Of a stretch of 64,000 nucleotides of DNA, positions 1-12,240 are shown piece after piece (the stretch's first letter is position 1; every line of letters begins with the position of its first letter). The notes under the pieces were generated by a model, which did no database searches, had not been told where the DNA came from, and worked only from the letters and a program-made list of their open reading frames with translations. The stretch comes from Marsupella aquatica (Eukaryota; Plantae; Marchantiophyta), in contig OZ316894.1 of the NCBI GenBank assembly GCA_973895155.1, positions 13,511,580 through 13,575,579 of the forward strand, given 5' to 3'. The translations under genes were made by a program, and so were the position numbers.

Positions 1-201
1 AGTTCGTAGTGTTGCATTTTTTTACTGTCTCCAGCGTTCGGAGAACATGCGTTGAGTGCCAGCCCGGTGAAGAGGAAACTCCGCCACAAAGCTCGAAAAT
101 GCAGAGGTGCAGGCGGACGAGCCTTCGCGAGGAAGAGAGGCCGCCGCAAGCAGCCCACTAGCAAAAGTCGAACCCGGAATACGGTGCCGCACAGCAACAT
201 A

Positions 202-299
202 TGGCAAAACTTACCGGACTAGCGCTGTGTCGAGTGTTACTAGGACCAGTGGCAAAACTTACCGGACGAGCGATGTGTCGAGTGTGACTAGGAGCAGTG
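202..299. repeat. 48-bp tandem duplication (2 copies)
   Basis: TGGCAAAACTTACCGGAC(T/G)AGCG(C/A)TGTGTCGAGTGT(T/G)ACTAGGA(C/G)CAG starts at 202 and 250. Confidence 0.9.
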
Positions 300-1146
300 A
301 GTAGTAGGGGGCCTCAAACTTTAGGCTCCTGAAAAAAATTTCGAAAGAACAGCTTCTTACTCTGCTTTTTATTTCCGAACTGACCTAAATTTTTAACCTA
401 CCCCCATTAGTATATATGAGTTACTTTGAGTTCACCCCAGGTGATTTCTCATTGGTGTATTAACACAAGGTGAATCCACCTTATCCTGACCAAGTTTACC
501 CTCACCTGGCTGGCTCCTTCCCCTTTTTTAATGAGCACTACACATGGTTGGCATGCCCCCCTCTCAAGTTTCAATCCCAATGACCCACCTTGAATCGGGC
601 AGTAAGCCCAAATGTGGGTTTGTTTACACATGGAAAATATGTATATTTTGGGGGCCACTTTCCTTTAGAGAAGTGGGAGTAGGGTGGGTCATTGTTGTGC
701 GAGAGTGCATGGTGATCATTGCCCACCACCATGCCCTGTGCACGCCCATTAAGATATTATGGTAGTTTAGGTTCGTCATTTAGAGGCCATATATGCAAGC
801 TATAGTGTTAGGATTTACTCTTAGATTTAGAGTTACAACTTTACCGTAGTCAAGGCTAACCTTAGTCGCAGACTTGGTTAGGTTAGTCATGTTGTGTACA
901 CTCTATACCTAAGCGGTGTTTGCTTGGAGAGTGGGAACTCAGGCTCATTGTTACAAAGCTAGTTGAGAGATAGCTTGCGTCGTGGATGCATGGTATGGCC
1001 GGTCGGCCGAGAGTACAGTAAAGCTCTTGTGTGTTCCCGTGGACATAGCCTCATGTGGAGGTGAACCACATATCTCTTTGTGTCAACTCTTGTGCGTTTG
1101 ATGGTTCATGGGCTTGTCGTTGTGATTGTCGTCTATACTCAATAAT

Positions 1147-1158
1147 TGGTATCAGAGC
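1147..1158 (+). promoter_or_regulatory. Primer-binding site complementary to tRNA-iMet
   Basis: TGGTATCAGAGC, the canonical plant LTR-retrotransposon iMet PBS. Confidence 0.85.
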
Positions 1159-2958
1159 ATGACTGGTAGATGACGAGGTTTTTTTGTGACGGTTTTCCAA
1201 CGTTCATTGTCGATGTTGCATTCGGAGTTTTTTGCATGAAACTCAAATGTGTGTGGCTGAGCCGATAGATTAGTGAGAGTGCTTTCTATCGGTGTTTAGA
1301 ACTCATTGATCGGTATCCGTGGTGCGGAGGAATCGGAGTTTGCGTCGTTCTGGATTTTTTGTGCTCGACGGTATTTTGGGGGGGAGGGACCAGAGTTTGT
1401 TTTTGCAATGGTGTGAACTGTGCGGTGTGGGAGGTGTTGCATGTTATAGCTCAAGTTGAAGATTAAGGCAAGCTGGTCGTTTTGGTAGCTGAGGTGCTAC
1501 CAAGTGTTTACCGAGTGCAACGCAACGACTGAAAGAGGCGTTCAGATTTTTTCATAAACTATGGAGCTTATTCTCATCTGAATCGGGTTTCTTGTCGTCG
1601 CATCCAACTGGAAGCAGCAAACACGAAGTGCTAGGGCTCAATGGTGACATCGCGACAATGCGGTCATTTTGAGTCCGGGATTGGCACTTGACGTGGAGAA
1701 AGTGTGACCCGGTGGAAGGTTTTTTTCTCTGTTGAGCTTGCAGACTGTGCCGACACAATTTGACAACATTTCCCGTCCACAGTCATCATTTTAATTCATG
1801 GAATTGGCGGCGGCAAGGTGTGTAATCGGCAAATTTTGTCTTCAAAGTCAATTTTTGCTATTAAAGGGGTTTAAGGGCCTCTTTTGGTGTGCTTACACAC
1901 CAACAGGTGTGTACACACCTCTTGGCCCCGACATACCCCGCATACCCCCTTTCACCCCGCATATCCCCCCTCCCAAGCCTGCATACTCAACCGCAAAGCG
2001 GCTCAAGCGCAATGATGCAGCGTCAGCTGGCGCGTTCTGCGCCATCACAAGCCCTTATGCCCGGCCCTGCCCCTCCGATCGTCCCCGCATCAAAGCCCTT
2101 GCCTGGCCCTACTGTCGGCCAGCCGTAACTTTGCGGCGATGGCATTCCCCGGCCCGGCCTCCTACTATACGCGGCTGCGTATGCAGCCGCTCGTCTTTTA
2201 CTCTTGCACCCTCGTACTCGCCCCGTCCCCGCCCTATGGGTACCCTGGCCCCTCATACGCCCATTTTATTTAGAGGGGCTTAAAACCCCCTTTTTAAGGC
2301 CTATTTCTTCCGGCTTTTCTAATTGGTCATCCCGGGCCTGATGACCCACGGATTTAATTGCTTGGACAGGGGGAACGGTCCCGTGTGAGACCTGCTATAT
2401 TGTACAAAGAATATTTCAAAAATACAGAGAGCATGTTTTTGGCCGTCCGACAAAGATTTTGCACGCCAAACTATAACTTTTTTGGTTCTTTTTTGGTGAG
2501 GTCGTAGCCATTGAAGTTAACAACGCGATGCACCAATTGAATTGAAATTCCAATGATAGGTTATACTTGGCATTTTGGTTATTCCCTGAGGTGGTCAAAA
2601 CAGGGGAGTTGCCCAAGGTTTTACCCACCCCGATCAAAATTTGGATAACTTTTCCGTTGAATTTTGATTTTGATTTTGGTTTTTAGTGTTGGACTCCTAG
2701 CTTTATGGGCTACGTGCCGGTGTTTAGTTTTGAGTTTTTTTAGAAGTGGTGAATTTTTTTCTGTGATTTTCTTATATGAGTGATTCAGAGGAGATTTTTG
2801 AAGACGTGGAACGTAAAGCATGAGGATCACCGCCACGGTTTGAGAAGAAGAGAGAGGAGCAGGAGGAAAATCACCTGACACCAGTACCATCACCGGTGCG
2901 GCATGTGGTGGAGGAAGTTGTTCTACTACCGGAGCTTACGGTAGTGCAAAAGAAGAAT

Positions 2959-3049
2959 ATGGGGACATTCAAGCTTGGGGGACCCAAGTATGAAGTCACA
3001 AAGTATGATGGGCGCTCTAACTACTTGCTCTGTGAGAAGCAAGTGAAGG
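2959..3049 (+). pseudogene. gag: Copia gag N-terminal remnant
   Basis: MGTFKLGGPKYEVTKYDGRSNYLLCEKQVK resembles the Copia gag start (K.EI.KFDG..NF.LW); interrupted at CACTACAAC. Confidence 0.7.
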
Positions 3050-3599
3050 CACTACAACACTATGCCCCTGTTTTGCAAAATGCCTTCCTTTGCACCATAC
3101 AAAGGAAACAAATCCAAAATACCCATTTTGCGAACCACCTCACATCGCAACATCTTCGCTCTAACTTTCCCATCCTCAACCTTTTACAAACGGCCCTTCG
3201 CAACTACTTTACAACTTGAAACTTTAAACCCATCACAACATCTCCGCAATGTTGCGACCATATTTTCCTAGCAAATATTGAGAATCGACGCATTTCATTA
3301 TTTTGCAATAATAATTGTATCGCTACTATTGCCATAACAATGATATCGCAGTTTCTGATGTTTACCCATTCTGTAACTTGCAATTCAAAAACCGTCGCAA
3401 CATTGCAACAATCAGGTGACCGCTTAATTGCAAAGTGGTTAAACTTGCAAACTTGCGGGGTGTACGTATTCGCTAGTTTTGCGATTGTGATAGCATCGCA
3501 AGTGTTGCGATGGGTTTGTTCTCAAAAACATTGCGATAATATTTGCTTGGCTCTTTGAGATGGGATTTGGTTCTCAAAAGCTTTGCAAAATGTATTTTT

Positions 3600-3795
3600 T
3601 GTTAAGAGTCAAACCCTAACCCTAGTTACATAGACCTAACACTGGTTACATAGCCTAGGAGGTGGTTGTATAACCACCCTTCATTACCCACCTATATACC
3701 ATGATATGTAACCTATTCCCATATAATGGAATGTGTGAGAGTGTGTGGTGGTTGAAGACATCTTGGCTATGGTGAATTACATTCTCTTCTAAACA
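3600..3795 (+). repeat. 5' LTR of deleted Copia
   Basis: Direct repeat of 5853-6048. Confidence 0.95.
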
Positions 3796-4352
3796 CGTTA
3801 TCAGCACGACTTAGCCGATGAGCAAAAATTTTGAGGCCAAGGAAAGCATGATGCGTTCTTTTTTTGAATTTGGGTTCCCAAATTGATTTTTTTTGGAAAT
3901 TTGAATCGGTATGGAAGATACAATTCCCTGATTGGAATTAAGATAAGATTGCAAAGAGCGGCTCAACTATTGAAAACCACAACGAACATGGGCGAATTGG
4001 ATGGAAGAGCGAAGGGGATTGAAAAGATGCGACAGTCGAATTGAACAATTCAGGGAAGCAATTGAAACATAATCCCCCTTGTCTTCTTCTCCTTCTCTTT
4101 CCATTGCACACACATCAATTCAAAATATCCAAGATCTATGCAATAGACAATATCAACTGCCACTTACTCACAACAAAAAGCTGAATACGAAATCCAGAAA
4201 TATACCCCACAAATCACTACGGAAGCACATTGATCCTAAAGAAAAGGTCTAACTCCCCAAATTATGGAGTAACCACTGCGACCCCCACATTGAAACCTAC
4301 AAAGAGACACAATACAACACAAACAAAAGCTTCCATTAGAAAACTCACAATC

Positions 4353-5285
4353 ATGAACTCAATGGAAAAATTGAATTTCCAGGCATTGACTATAGATGGG
4401 TCAAATTACCTGACGTGGTCTCTCGATGTGGAAGCCCACTTATCAGCAAATGAACTTACAGGAAGCAATTACCACCAATCATGGCCCTATGCTGCAAGAG
4501 AAAGCCAAGGCTTTAGTCTTTATGCGCCACCACCTCGCGGACTCTCTAAAAACACAATATATGAACCAATATTGGGATCAGAGAAGCCATACTTATCGGC
4601 GATTGGGGCCCTAATGTATCTGGCAAATCAGACACGCCCAAATATATCGTTTGCAATCAACCTACTTGCGCGGCACAGTGCTCAACCCACAATCAGACAC
4701 TGGAACGACATAAAGAGAGTCTTCCAATACTTACAAGGCACGACGGATATGGGCCTCTTCTTCCCAAAGAACTCTAATGCCATATTAACAGGATATGCTG
4801 ATGCGGGATACTTGTCAGACCCTGATGACTCAAAGTCACAAACTGGGTACGTCTTCCTCTCTGGACAGACAGCCATCTCGTGGAAGAGCTCAAAACAAAC
4901 ATTGACTACTACATCATCCAATCATTCTGAAATAGTAGCACTTTACGAGGCAAGCCGCGAATGTATATGGCTTTGCCAATTGATAGATCACCTCAACAAG
5001 AACACAGGCAGACCACTGCTGTCAAGCCCCACAATAATATACAAGGACAACAGACCGTGTGTAGACCAGATTTCACAAGGATACATAAAAGGCGATCGGA
5101 CAAAACATATTACCCCAAAATTCTTCTATACACATGAGCAAAATGGTGACAAGATTACAGTCAAATGGAAATCAACAACAGAGAATAGACCGAGCTGATC
5201 TATTCACCAAACCCCTCCCGCCAGCATTACACAAAAACCACGTTCAAGGCATTGGAATGAGAAAGTTATCACTACTGCAACAACA
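4353..5285 (+). pseudogene. gag-pol: Copia gag N-terminus joined to RT C-terminus/RNase H
   Basis: MEKLNFQALTIDGSNYLTWSLD..LKTQYMNQY (gag) joins ILGSEKPYLSAIGALMY..GYADAGY..SQTGY..SSNHSE..DN (RT/RH) near 4570. Confidence 0.9.
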
Positions 5286-5852
5286 AGGTGAATAACTTAC
5301 CTCAACCAGGCACAGGGAAGGCGCACCTCAATCTATGCTGCACAGAGGAAGCGCACAGAGACACCAACAATAAGCCATCTCCCACAAGTGGAGCACTGCA
5401 TTCTCCAGACAGGCCCAATGAAAGCTACTTCAACCCGAACCTTTGCGCGACCAAAGATCGAAGGAAATTGACCCAGAAGAAGGCAAACTCAAACAAGCAC
5501 AGGACGACTGTCATACACACAAGAGTCACCAGCCTCAAGCGACTGGGCATCGACAAACTCAACCTAAAACAGGAATCGACCACGACAAAGACGACCTATA
5601 CATTCACTAAGAAGTAGCATACGAATTCTTTTTAGTTACACCCATCCTCTTAGGGACAATATTAATAATATGTCTTAGTTTACATTATCCACAAATGATC
5701 CCAACATATGTAAGGTTGTGGCACACTTTCCATGAGAAGAAAGCAGCATGGTTTTAATGAGACCAAACCAAAGAATTAGGGGAAACACATTAGGGTTAGG
5801 TTCCCTCCTAGAGTGGTTGATTTTACACTTAGTTCAATCACCCAAGGGGGAG

Positions 5853-6048
5853 TGTTAAGAGTCAAAACCTAACCCTAGTTACATAGACCTAACACTGGTT
5901 ACATAGGCTGGGAGGTGGTTGTATAACCACCCTTCATTACCCACCTATATACCATGATATGTAACCTATTCCCATGTAATGGAATGTGTGAGAGTGTGTG
6001 GTGGTTGAAGACATCTTGGCTATGGTGAATTACACTCTCTTCTAAACA
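5853..6048 (+). repeat. 3' LTR of deleted Copia
   Basis: Preceded by PPT, followed by TSD TTTTT. Confidence 0.95.
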
Positions 6049-7417
6049 TTTTTCATAGTTTTTGGTGTATTTTTAGGGTGAGGGTGAGGGAGACCATTCA
6101 TGGGTTTTGAATGAGGGAGGAAAGTGATATTGACCAATTTGCGGCAATTAAAATGGTATTACTGAAAAAGTACAAAGGTTACAAAATGGAAGGGTAAGAA
6201 CCCTTAGGTAAAGTGCCATGTCCATGCATTCCGATCGCTATAGATGTGAACTCAATGTACTATAGGGTACATGTAAGTGCTCTAGCTACAACTTGTCTAC
6301 ATAGAGCTAGAAAGGAGTGTTCCTATCCCTCCTCGCCTTCTTCCCCTTGGCCTTCTCCTTGCCCTTGCGTGCTCTTGGGGGGGTGCAACCTGGACTTCCT
6401 CCTCCTCTTGGTCACCCTCCTCGTCCTCGTCCTCATCCTCATCCCCACCTCCACCGCCCTGGCTTGTCGCGCTACCACCCCCAGCACCACTGGAATATGC
6501 TGATGCAAATGACTGGTCTCCAGTGCTAGTTGGCCTGACTTGCGTAGCAGGAGCTGTGCTCCCCTCCCCTGTCCCCTCCACGTCCTCATCGCTACTATCG
6601 GTGCCATTCTCGGTATGGGAGTCACCGTCCTCCCCTCCTGCTTCCATTAGCAAACCAGGGCGTCTGTTAGTCTCATATTCTTTACAAGTGTGAACAAAAG
6701 AGATATATTTTCAAAATGTAATAACCTACAAATGCTCACCAATAATTCATCAACTTGCCAAAAGAGATGCTCCTTCCCATGTTTCTAGCGCACCTCCATC
6801 TCAGCCGTCGTAATCTTCCTCTTGTACCTCTTGTACTAAGCCAAATAAAACCGGCACAATTGGGTCAACACCAACCCATAACCCAATTCACATGGCTTTT
6901 AAGATTTAGGGGGGTTGTTGGGGTGCTGGTGGGTTGGGGGATCAGGGTTTTGGGTTTATGGAGGGTGGCATGGGGAGACCCTTAAAGAACACTTGAACGA
7001 CCGGAAATTTTGAAATTTTGAAATTTTGAACTTTTGCAAAGGCATAAGCTTTGGAATCATAAGGACAATTACATTTGCAAAGTTGTTTGCGATGCGAACG
7101 TCTTCGCAACGCCTTCGCAAAGATACGAGGAAAAAAGGGCATAATAAGGTTTGCAAAGCTACCTGCATTGCAAATGTTTTGCAAACTCCGTCATGGCAAA
7201 ATCCCGAGAGGGAAGCAATTGTACATGACCTAATCTGACACAACAAGTCTAATTGTAACTACTTGGTGGAAAAGCAAGAAAGAGTAGGCTAGTTGCAGGT
7301 GTGTTGGAATAGGAATTGGAGTAGCAAGTCAAGGGAGGAGAGGGAGGTGCACTCACGAATGCTGCTTTGAGGCCGGGGAGGCCACCTTGACCCAGCCTAT
7401 GGGTGATGTTGGGCTTG

Positions 7418-10400
7418 TGTGGTGCGTCCCATGGCTCCCTAAACCCAAGAAACCCCCTTGCACAAGCCGATTCCTGCAGGTTTCACCCTTGGCCAGGCCG
7501 GTTTTGCGGCTTAGCGGCATGGGACGCTGCTAACCTCCTTCTACTAACATTTTACACACATATACTGGACATATCCTTCATCGGGTCATGAGATACGTAG
7601 CCGGCCTCTTCTATGTCTTCCCTTGGTCTCCTCTCTTGGTCTTCCTTTAGGTATGTTTGGATTCCGCCGCCGGAATGATCCCCAACTGGCTTGGGTAAGC
7701 CGCTAAGACCTCTCTCAGCTCGACACATCCAACTCTTACTACCTTGTTTACTCCCTTCTCTTGGTTGATGTGGGCAATCTTCAAACAAGTTAATGCGACA
7801 CACAAATAGCAAAATGACTCCTTCTCACTGAGTTATACCATGCACTTGCCATACAAACAGTACTTCTCATACACAAGATCTGCGAACTAAGCCGTGAGGC
7901 CAACTCTATTCATCTCTTAGGCATGAGGAAATGTGAATATACACAAGGGTCACAGCATAACTAACCGAGAGCTTCTTTAACTACTTGATCCTAGCCCTGC
8001 TGGTGCACTAAAAACTTGCTAAGGAAGAAGGCCCTGAACCCCCCCACTGCCCAGGTACTTATCCTGGCAGTGGATCCGCCCAATTCCTTGCAGTGTAAGC
8101 CTAATCTAACCTGACGGTAATCTACCTATGTACAACGAGGCAGGAGCACAAGTGTTGCTCTTACCAGTGGATCCGTAATCCCACTAAGCTAAGTGTCAGG
8201 GCCGCCTGCCGGTCCTGATCCTAATTCTAAACTTGGAGATCTGAGCCCGCCCTGCCCACTCACGCCTCCTCCCTCCACGTCTGCCCTCCTTAAAAGGAGC
8301 GGCCCTCCACCACCGTCATGGTAGCGGTGGCTGATCCTCAATGGACGCCCCAACACTTCCTCCGTAGCCACTACCGTAGGTCTGTCCTCTGACAGATTAC
8401 CTGCTCCAAACCGAGTCAACTCTCCATCGGCCTGACTGGGTCCACCCTTGGCTTCGGCCTCAGCATCGGCCATGGCCTCTAATATGGCTACGGCCTCCCC
8501 GACATGCTCTAGTGGAGGATCCCATACCCCGGCTTCATCACTGATTGTTTCGGCCTCGGCCTTACCATCCCCGCCTTCTAGGGGTGGATCTACCGTGATC
8601 CTGCCTAAGGTTGGCGCCGGTTGTACCTCCTCTGTCACGATGGCTTGAGAAGCCGCATTACTCCTTGACCCAGAAGGTTTCCGCTTCTTCTTCTTCCCTA
8701 TTTTGGCAGCTGGTCCCTTCCCCTTGCCACTTATCTCCGGCACCGGTGCAAGTGTCGCGGCTTGTCCTTCGGCCAGTACTACTCCTGGCAACTTGGTTGC
8801 CCCAATTGGACTTGATGAAGCCAAGCACTTAAATACTGCGGCTTTTTTCTTTAGCCACTCCGTTTGGTTGTTGGCTCGCCGCTGTAAGTTCTCCATCTTC
8901 CTCGTGCTTTCCTCCAACTTCTTCTGCACTTCGTCCAGGTCCTTGCGCGCCTCCTCCAGCTCCTTTTGGGCTTCCTCCAATTCCTTCTTTAAGGTAGCCC
9001 TCTCCTCCTGGGTTGCTCTTAGCTCCTTGTCAAGCTCCGCTACGACCTCAAACTCCATTTTATTCATCTTGGCATAAGTCTGATCGAGTTGGTCGTCTTT
9101 CTCATGCATGTCGGCCTTGAAGCTGGTCGTCAAGGATGCAAGCTCCTGCTACAGCACAATAATCCCTTGATAGGATTTCCCTAACTCGGCCTCCTTTTGC
9201 TCAAGGGCTCCGCGGATATCCTTGAGTTCCCCCTTCAACGCCCTTTCCCTTCTCTGAGTTTCCGCCATGGCCCGATTGTTGGTTGCTATGTGGGCCTCCT
9301 CTGCGTCCCTCAGCTCCCGCTTCCACTTCTCCCTTTCCTTGACCGCAACGGCCAACTCCCCTTGGGTCCGAGTTAGTTTATCCTTGATAATCTGATTATC
9401 AGACTGAGCGGTATCCAATTGCCCATGCATGATGTTTAGCTCATGCCGCTTAATCCGCAGCTCATCTTGGGCTTTCTTGGCCGCCTTCAGGTCTTCCAAT
9501 TTGGCTTCCCTTGCCCTAAGTCGACAGATGACCTCATCTTTCTTTCTTCTCTCCAAAGCCACCGCTTCTTCTAATCGGCGTTTTTCCAACATCTCCCTCT
9601 GGAAAAAAGGTCCCTGCTCCAACTCCTCCCCAAAGATGCTGAGCGCAAGTTCCCCACACATCTCCCTGTACTCCATGGCTCTTTCTTTAGCATAGGTGGA
9701 GTGAGTAGAAGTCATCGGCATCAACCACCGTGGCCTTTGTTCCCAAGCCGCCTTGCGGATTTCTTATATCGTGGCTGGAGGGCTGCTTCATTTTTCTGCA
9801 AGCCGCCTGATGTCCTCTGGCCATTCTCCCCCTGGTAAATCTTTCTCCCTAGCTAGGGCTGCCCTCTCTTCCTCCCTGAGTCGAACCTGAAACTCTTGTG
9901 CCATTTGTTTTATGCCGTCAAAGCTCGGGGGAGTGATATCTGGCGGGGGGGACTTGGGGCTATTCTGCTGGGTGGGGTCCCCTCGAACTACTCTTGGAAG
10001 CATGGGGATGAAATGGCCACAGGTCCTTATTCCTGGGACATGATGGTCCGACCCGTAGCCGGAGTCATCATTGCCGTAGTCCTCCACCGCCTCCTCCACT
10101 GCTTGGACTACCGGCTCCCCCCGCTGCTCCCCTGGTCTTGCCGTGAACACGGCCTCCTGCCGATCATAGCTAGCAGGTCCTAGTTCCTCCTCTGGCTTCC
10201 ATGCTGTCTTCTCCCTCTATTTCCCCTGAACAGGAGCCTTAGACTGCCTTCCCTTGACTACAAGACTCAAGGCTCCTACATACATTCGAACCCCCGGCTC
10301 GTGTTCCGGCCTCCTTCTTTCCTTGGCTCCGGTAAAGGGGTTTCCCTTCATGAGTTGGCTTAGGCCGACCTCTAAAGGAGTGTCATGTACCTGTGTCGTT

Positions 10401-12106
10401 GCCGTTGCCATTCTCTTTTCCTTCTCCAGCAATTTCAGCAGATTCTGCATGCCTGGTTGCTGCATCGGCAAGTCCTCCGTCCTCGGCCTAAACACCTGCT
10501 CAATTGTAGGACTGTCAGGCTGGTTTGGTTTCTCTATTGCCGGCCTCTGTTCCGGAACCTCCTCTGGTGCCCTTGCTTGCAGTGGAAGTACCGGGGCAAC
10601 AGCGGCATGTGATAGCCAAGCCGGGACACGCTTCCCATGCCGATCGCCTGTTGTTCCTCCTTCAAGATCTTCTTCAGTTGGGTGAGGAGGTACCCATTGT
10701 AGTCCCGGCTTGGGTCTGGCCTTTCCGCTAGGTAGACCTATGCCCTGCCGATCTCTGGCCTCGGCAAGTTGCAGTGCATGGTTACCCACAAGAAATTGAT
10801 GATCTCTCCTATGTGCGGGTTGGTGCAGGTGTTCCAAAAGAAGCCATTCTTTGTTGATGGCCCTGGGAACGATCGGAACTCCTTGTCTGGCAAGGTCTTT
10901 CGGGTATCTACTTTGGTCTTATTGCCCGTCGGCAAGCCAAACACTTCGGCAATCACCAAAGGAGTGAGATAGAAATCCTTCCCATACACCCTTGTGGAAT
11001 TGGTCTCAGGTTCCCATGATCCCACAAATTCTAATAAGTCTGAATCCTACACCTCCGGCTTTAGCCATGGTAATTTCACAAAAGCTTCCAAGCCGGATCC
11101 GGCCACAAAGCCCTGGTACTTCCGAGTCTGCATAGCCATAAAGCATGCATCCTCTTCACGTGCAAAGTGTAATTGCACTTCCTCGGGGAGGGTCGCCGCC
11201 CAGCCTTTCCAGGTGTCATCTCTTGTCGGAACGGCATTGATGGGGTTGACCTCCTCTTCTTCGGCTTTGTCCTGCCTCCTCCTCCCTTGCTCGGCTGGCT
11301 TCCTTGGTGCCGCCAACCTCATTCTCTTCGTAGGGGTGGTCACTTTGTTGGCGTTCCCTTTCCTCTTCATAGTTGCTGCCGTGGATGTTTCTCCTAGCAC
11401 GGTTGCCTTCGTCCACCCCTCTGTGCTACCCTTCAACTCCCAGTGTACGTTGTTGCAACAGTTGATGGCTTCCCGGATGCCAACTATTCTATTCTCACAA
11501 AATAGAAGATCGTTGAGTTCATCGCTAGTAGGTGTCCACAGGAATTAAGCCGTGATGAGTTCTCCTCCTAAGAAGGCAGACTTCTGCAACTCCCACAATC
11601 GAGCGAGCTCCTACCATTCTCGAGCGGCTCTCTCCGAGTCTTTGTCCTCGTAGGTCCCAATGTACTCAATTGCCCGTTCTAACAAGCATCCCCAAAAATG
11701 AGCAGCCTGATTGACGTTGCTCATACCCTTCCTTGAATTGATAGTCGGTATCTGCTCCCTCCCCAAGTGCTTGCCTAAGCAGCTGACAGTAGTTGCTTCA
11801 CGTAGTCATCTGCTTAGTTTGTGCTAACTTGCAAATGAGCCACCATTCCTTGCAATCGATCCTTACCCCCCCCCCCGCCTGGTCTTCCTTCCCGTTAGTT
11901 ACCCATAGCCGCCGGTACTTAGCGCGCCCTAACCCTAATTGTGTTCCCTCTCCCGACGTCCTTACTTTCGGCCTCGGCTCGGGTTCCATAGTCACCCTTA
12001 ATTGTTTATATTTTCCTTGTTTTTGCTACTATACTAATGTGTTTCCAGGGTACACTCCTGATTTTACCATTTAAACTGACCTAGTGATTCCTGGCTAGGC
12101 ATCACA
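7418..12106 (-). mobile_element. 4.7-kb solo LTR (family B) containing a long degenerate ORF
   Basis: Ends TGTGGTGCG...GGCATCACA; TSD GCTTG at 7413-7417 and 12107-12111; no gag/pol inside. Confidence 0.85.
8189..11724 (-). pseudogene. LTR-embedded accessory protein (N-domain, plant-transposon-protein-like domain, long coiled coil); stops and frameshifts
   Basis: ATG 11724 is in frame with ORFs 11047-11436 and 10738-11025 (GLEAFVKLPW..LLEFVGSW..TRVYGKDFYLTPLVIAEVFGLPTG); coiled-coil ORFs 9149-9724 and 8189-9133 follow; homologous to the family A LTR ORF. Confidence 0.75.
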
Positions 12107-12129
12107 GCTTGTCTCAGACTTGCTCAGCT

Positions 12130-12240
12130 TGTGATGCCTAACCAGGAATCACTAGGTCGGTTAAGTGGGAAAATGGAAGTGTACCCTAGAAACACCTTAG
12201 TATAGTTACAAGAATGAGGATTAGTTTGAATAGTAATTAA
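12130..12240 (+). repeat. Truncated inverted copy of the family B LTR terminus
   Basis: TGTGATGCCTAACCAGGAATCACTAGGTC.. is the reverse complement of ~12000-12106; 23-bp spacer. Confidence 0.85.

Larger units (their letters stand above)
806..3049 (+). mobile_element. 5' fragment of a Ty1/Copia element (LTR, PBS, long 5' UTR, start of gag), truncated by a CACTA insertion
   Basis: PBS TGGTATCAGAGC at 1147-1158; gag N-terminus from ATG 2959. LTR start is uncertain (TGTTAG at 806 chosen). Confidence 0.7.
3600..6048 (+). mobile_element. Internally deleted Bianca-like Ty1/Copia element
   Basis: 196-bp LTRs 3600-3795 and 5853-6048 (TG..CA, ~5 differences by eye); TSD TTTTT; PBS CGTTATCAGCACGA 3796-3809; PPT AAGGGGGAG 5844-5852. 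Confidence 0.95.
3050..7240. mobile_element. CACTA (En/Spm) element: left terminus and internal sequence, interrupted by Copia 3600-6048
   Basis: CACTACAACA starts exactly where gag homology stops. Dense TTGC(A/G)A/TCGCAA repeats in both orientations at 3050-3590 and ~7030-7200. Right TIR not found. Confidence 0.7.

Noticed and set aside
2-11. GTTCGTAGTG as a CACTA right terminus
   Set aside because: Only 6-7 bp match at the window edge, with no upstream context; it lies left of the 3050 terminus, so it cannot pair with it.
3612-3625. AAACCCTAACCCTA as a telomeric repeat
   Set aside because: Two units inside a Copia LTR; not an array.
4230-5198. 322-aa ORF as a functional gene
   Set aside because: Chimeric product of a frameshift and an internal deletion joining gag to RT/RH.
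6297-6653. Acidic low-complexity ORF as a host gene
   Set aside because: No domain; lies within CACTA-like sequence; GAG/GAC repeats keep several frames open.
7254-12210. TGTAACTA..TAGTTACA as element termini
   Set aside because: Flanks CTAAT/AGAAT are not a TSD; 7418-12106 has a perfect GCTTG TSD.
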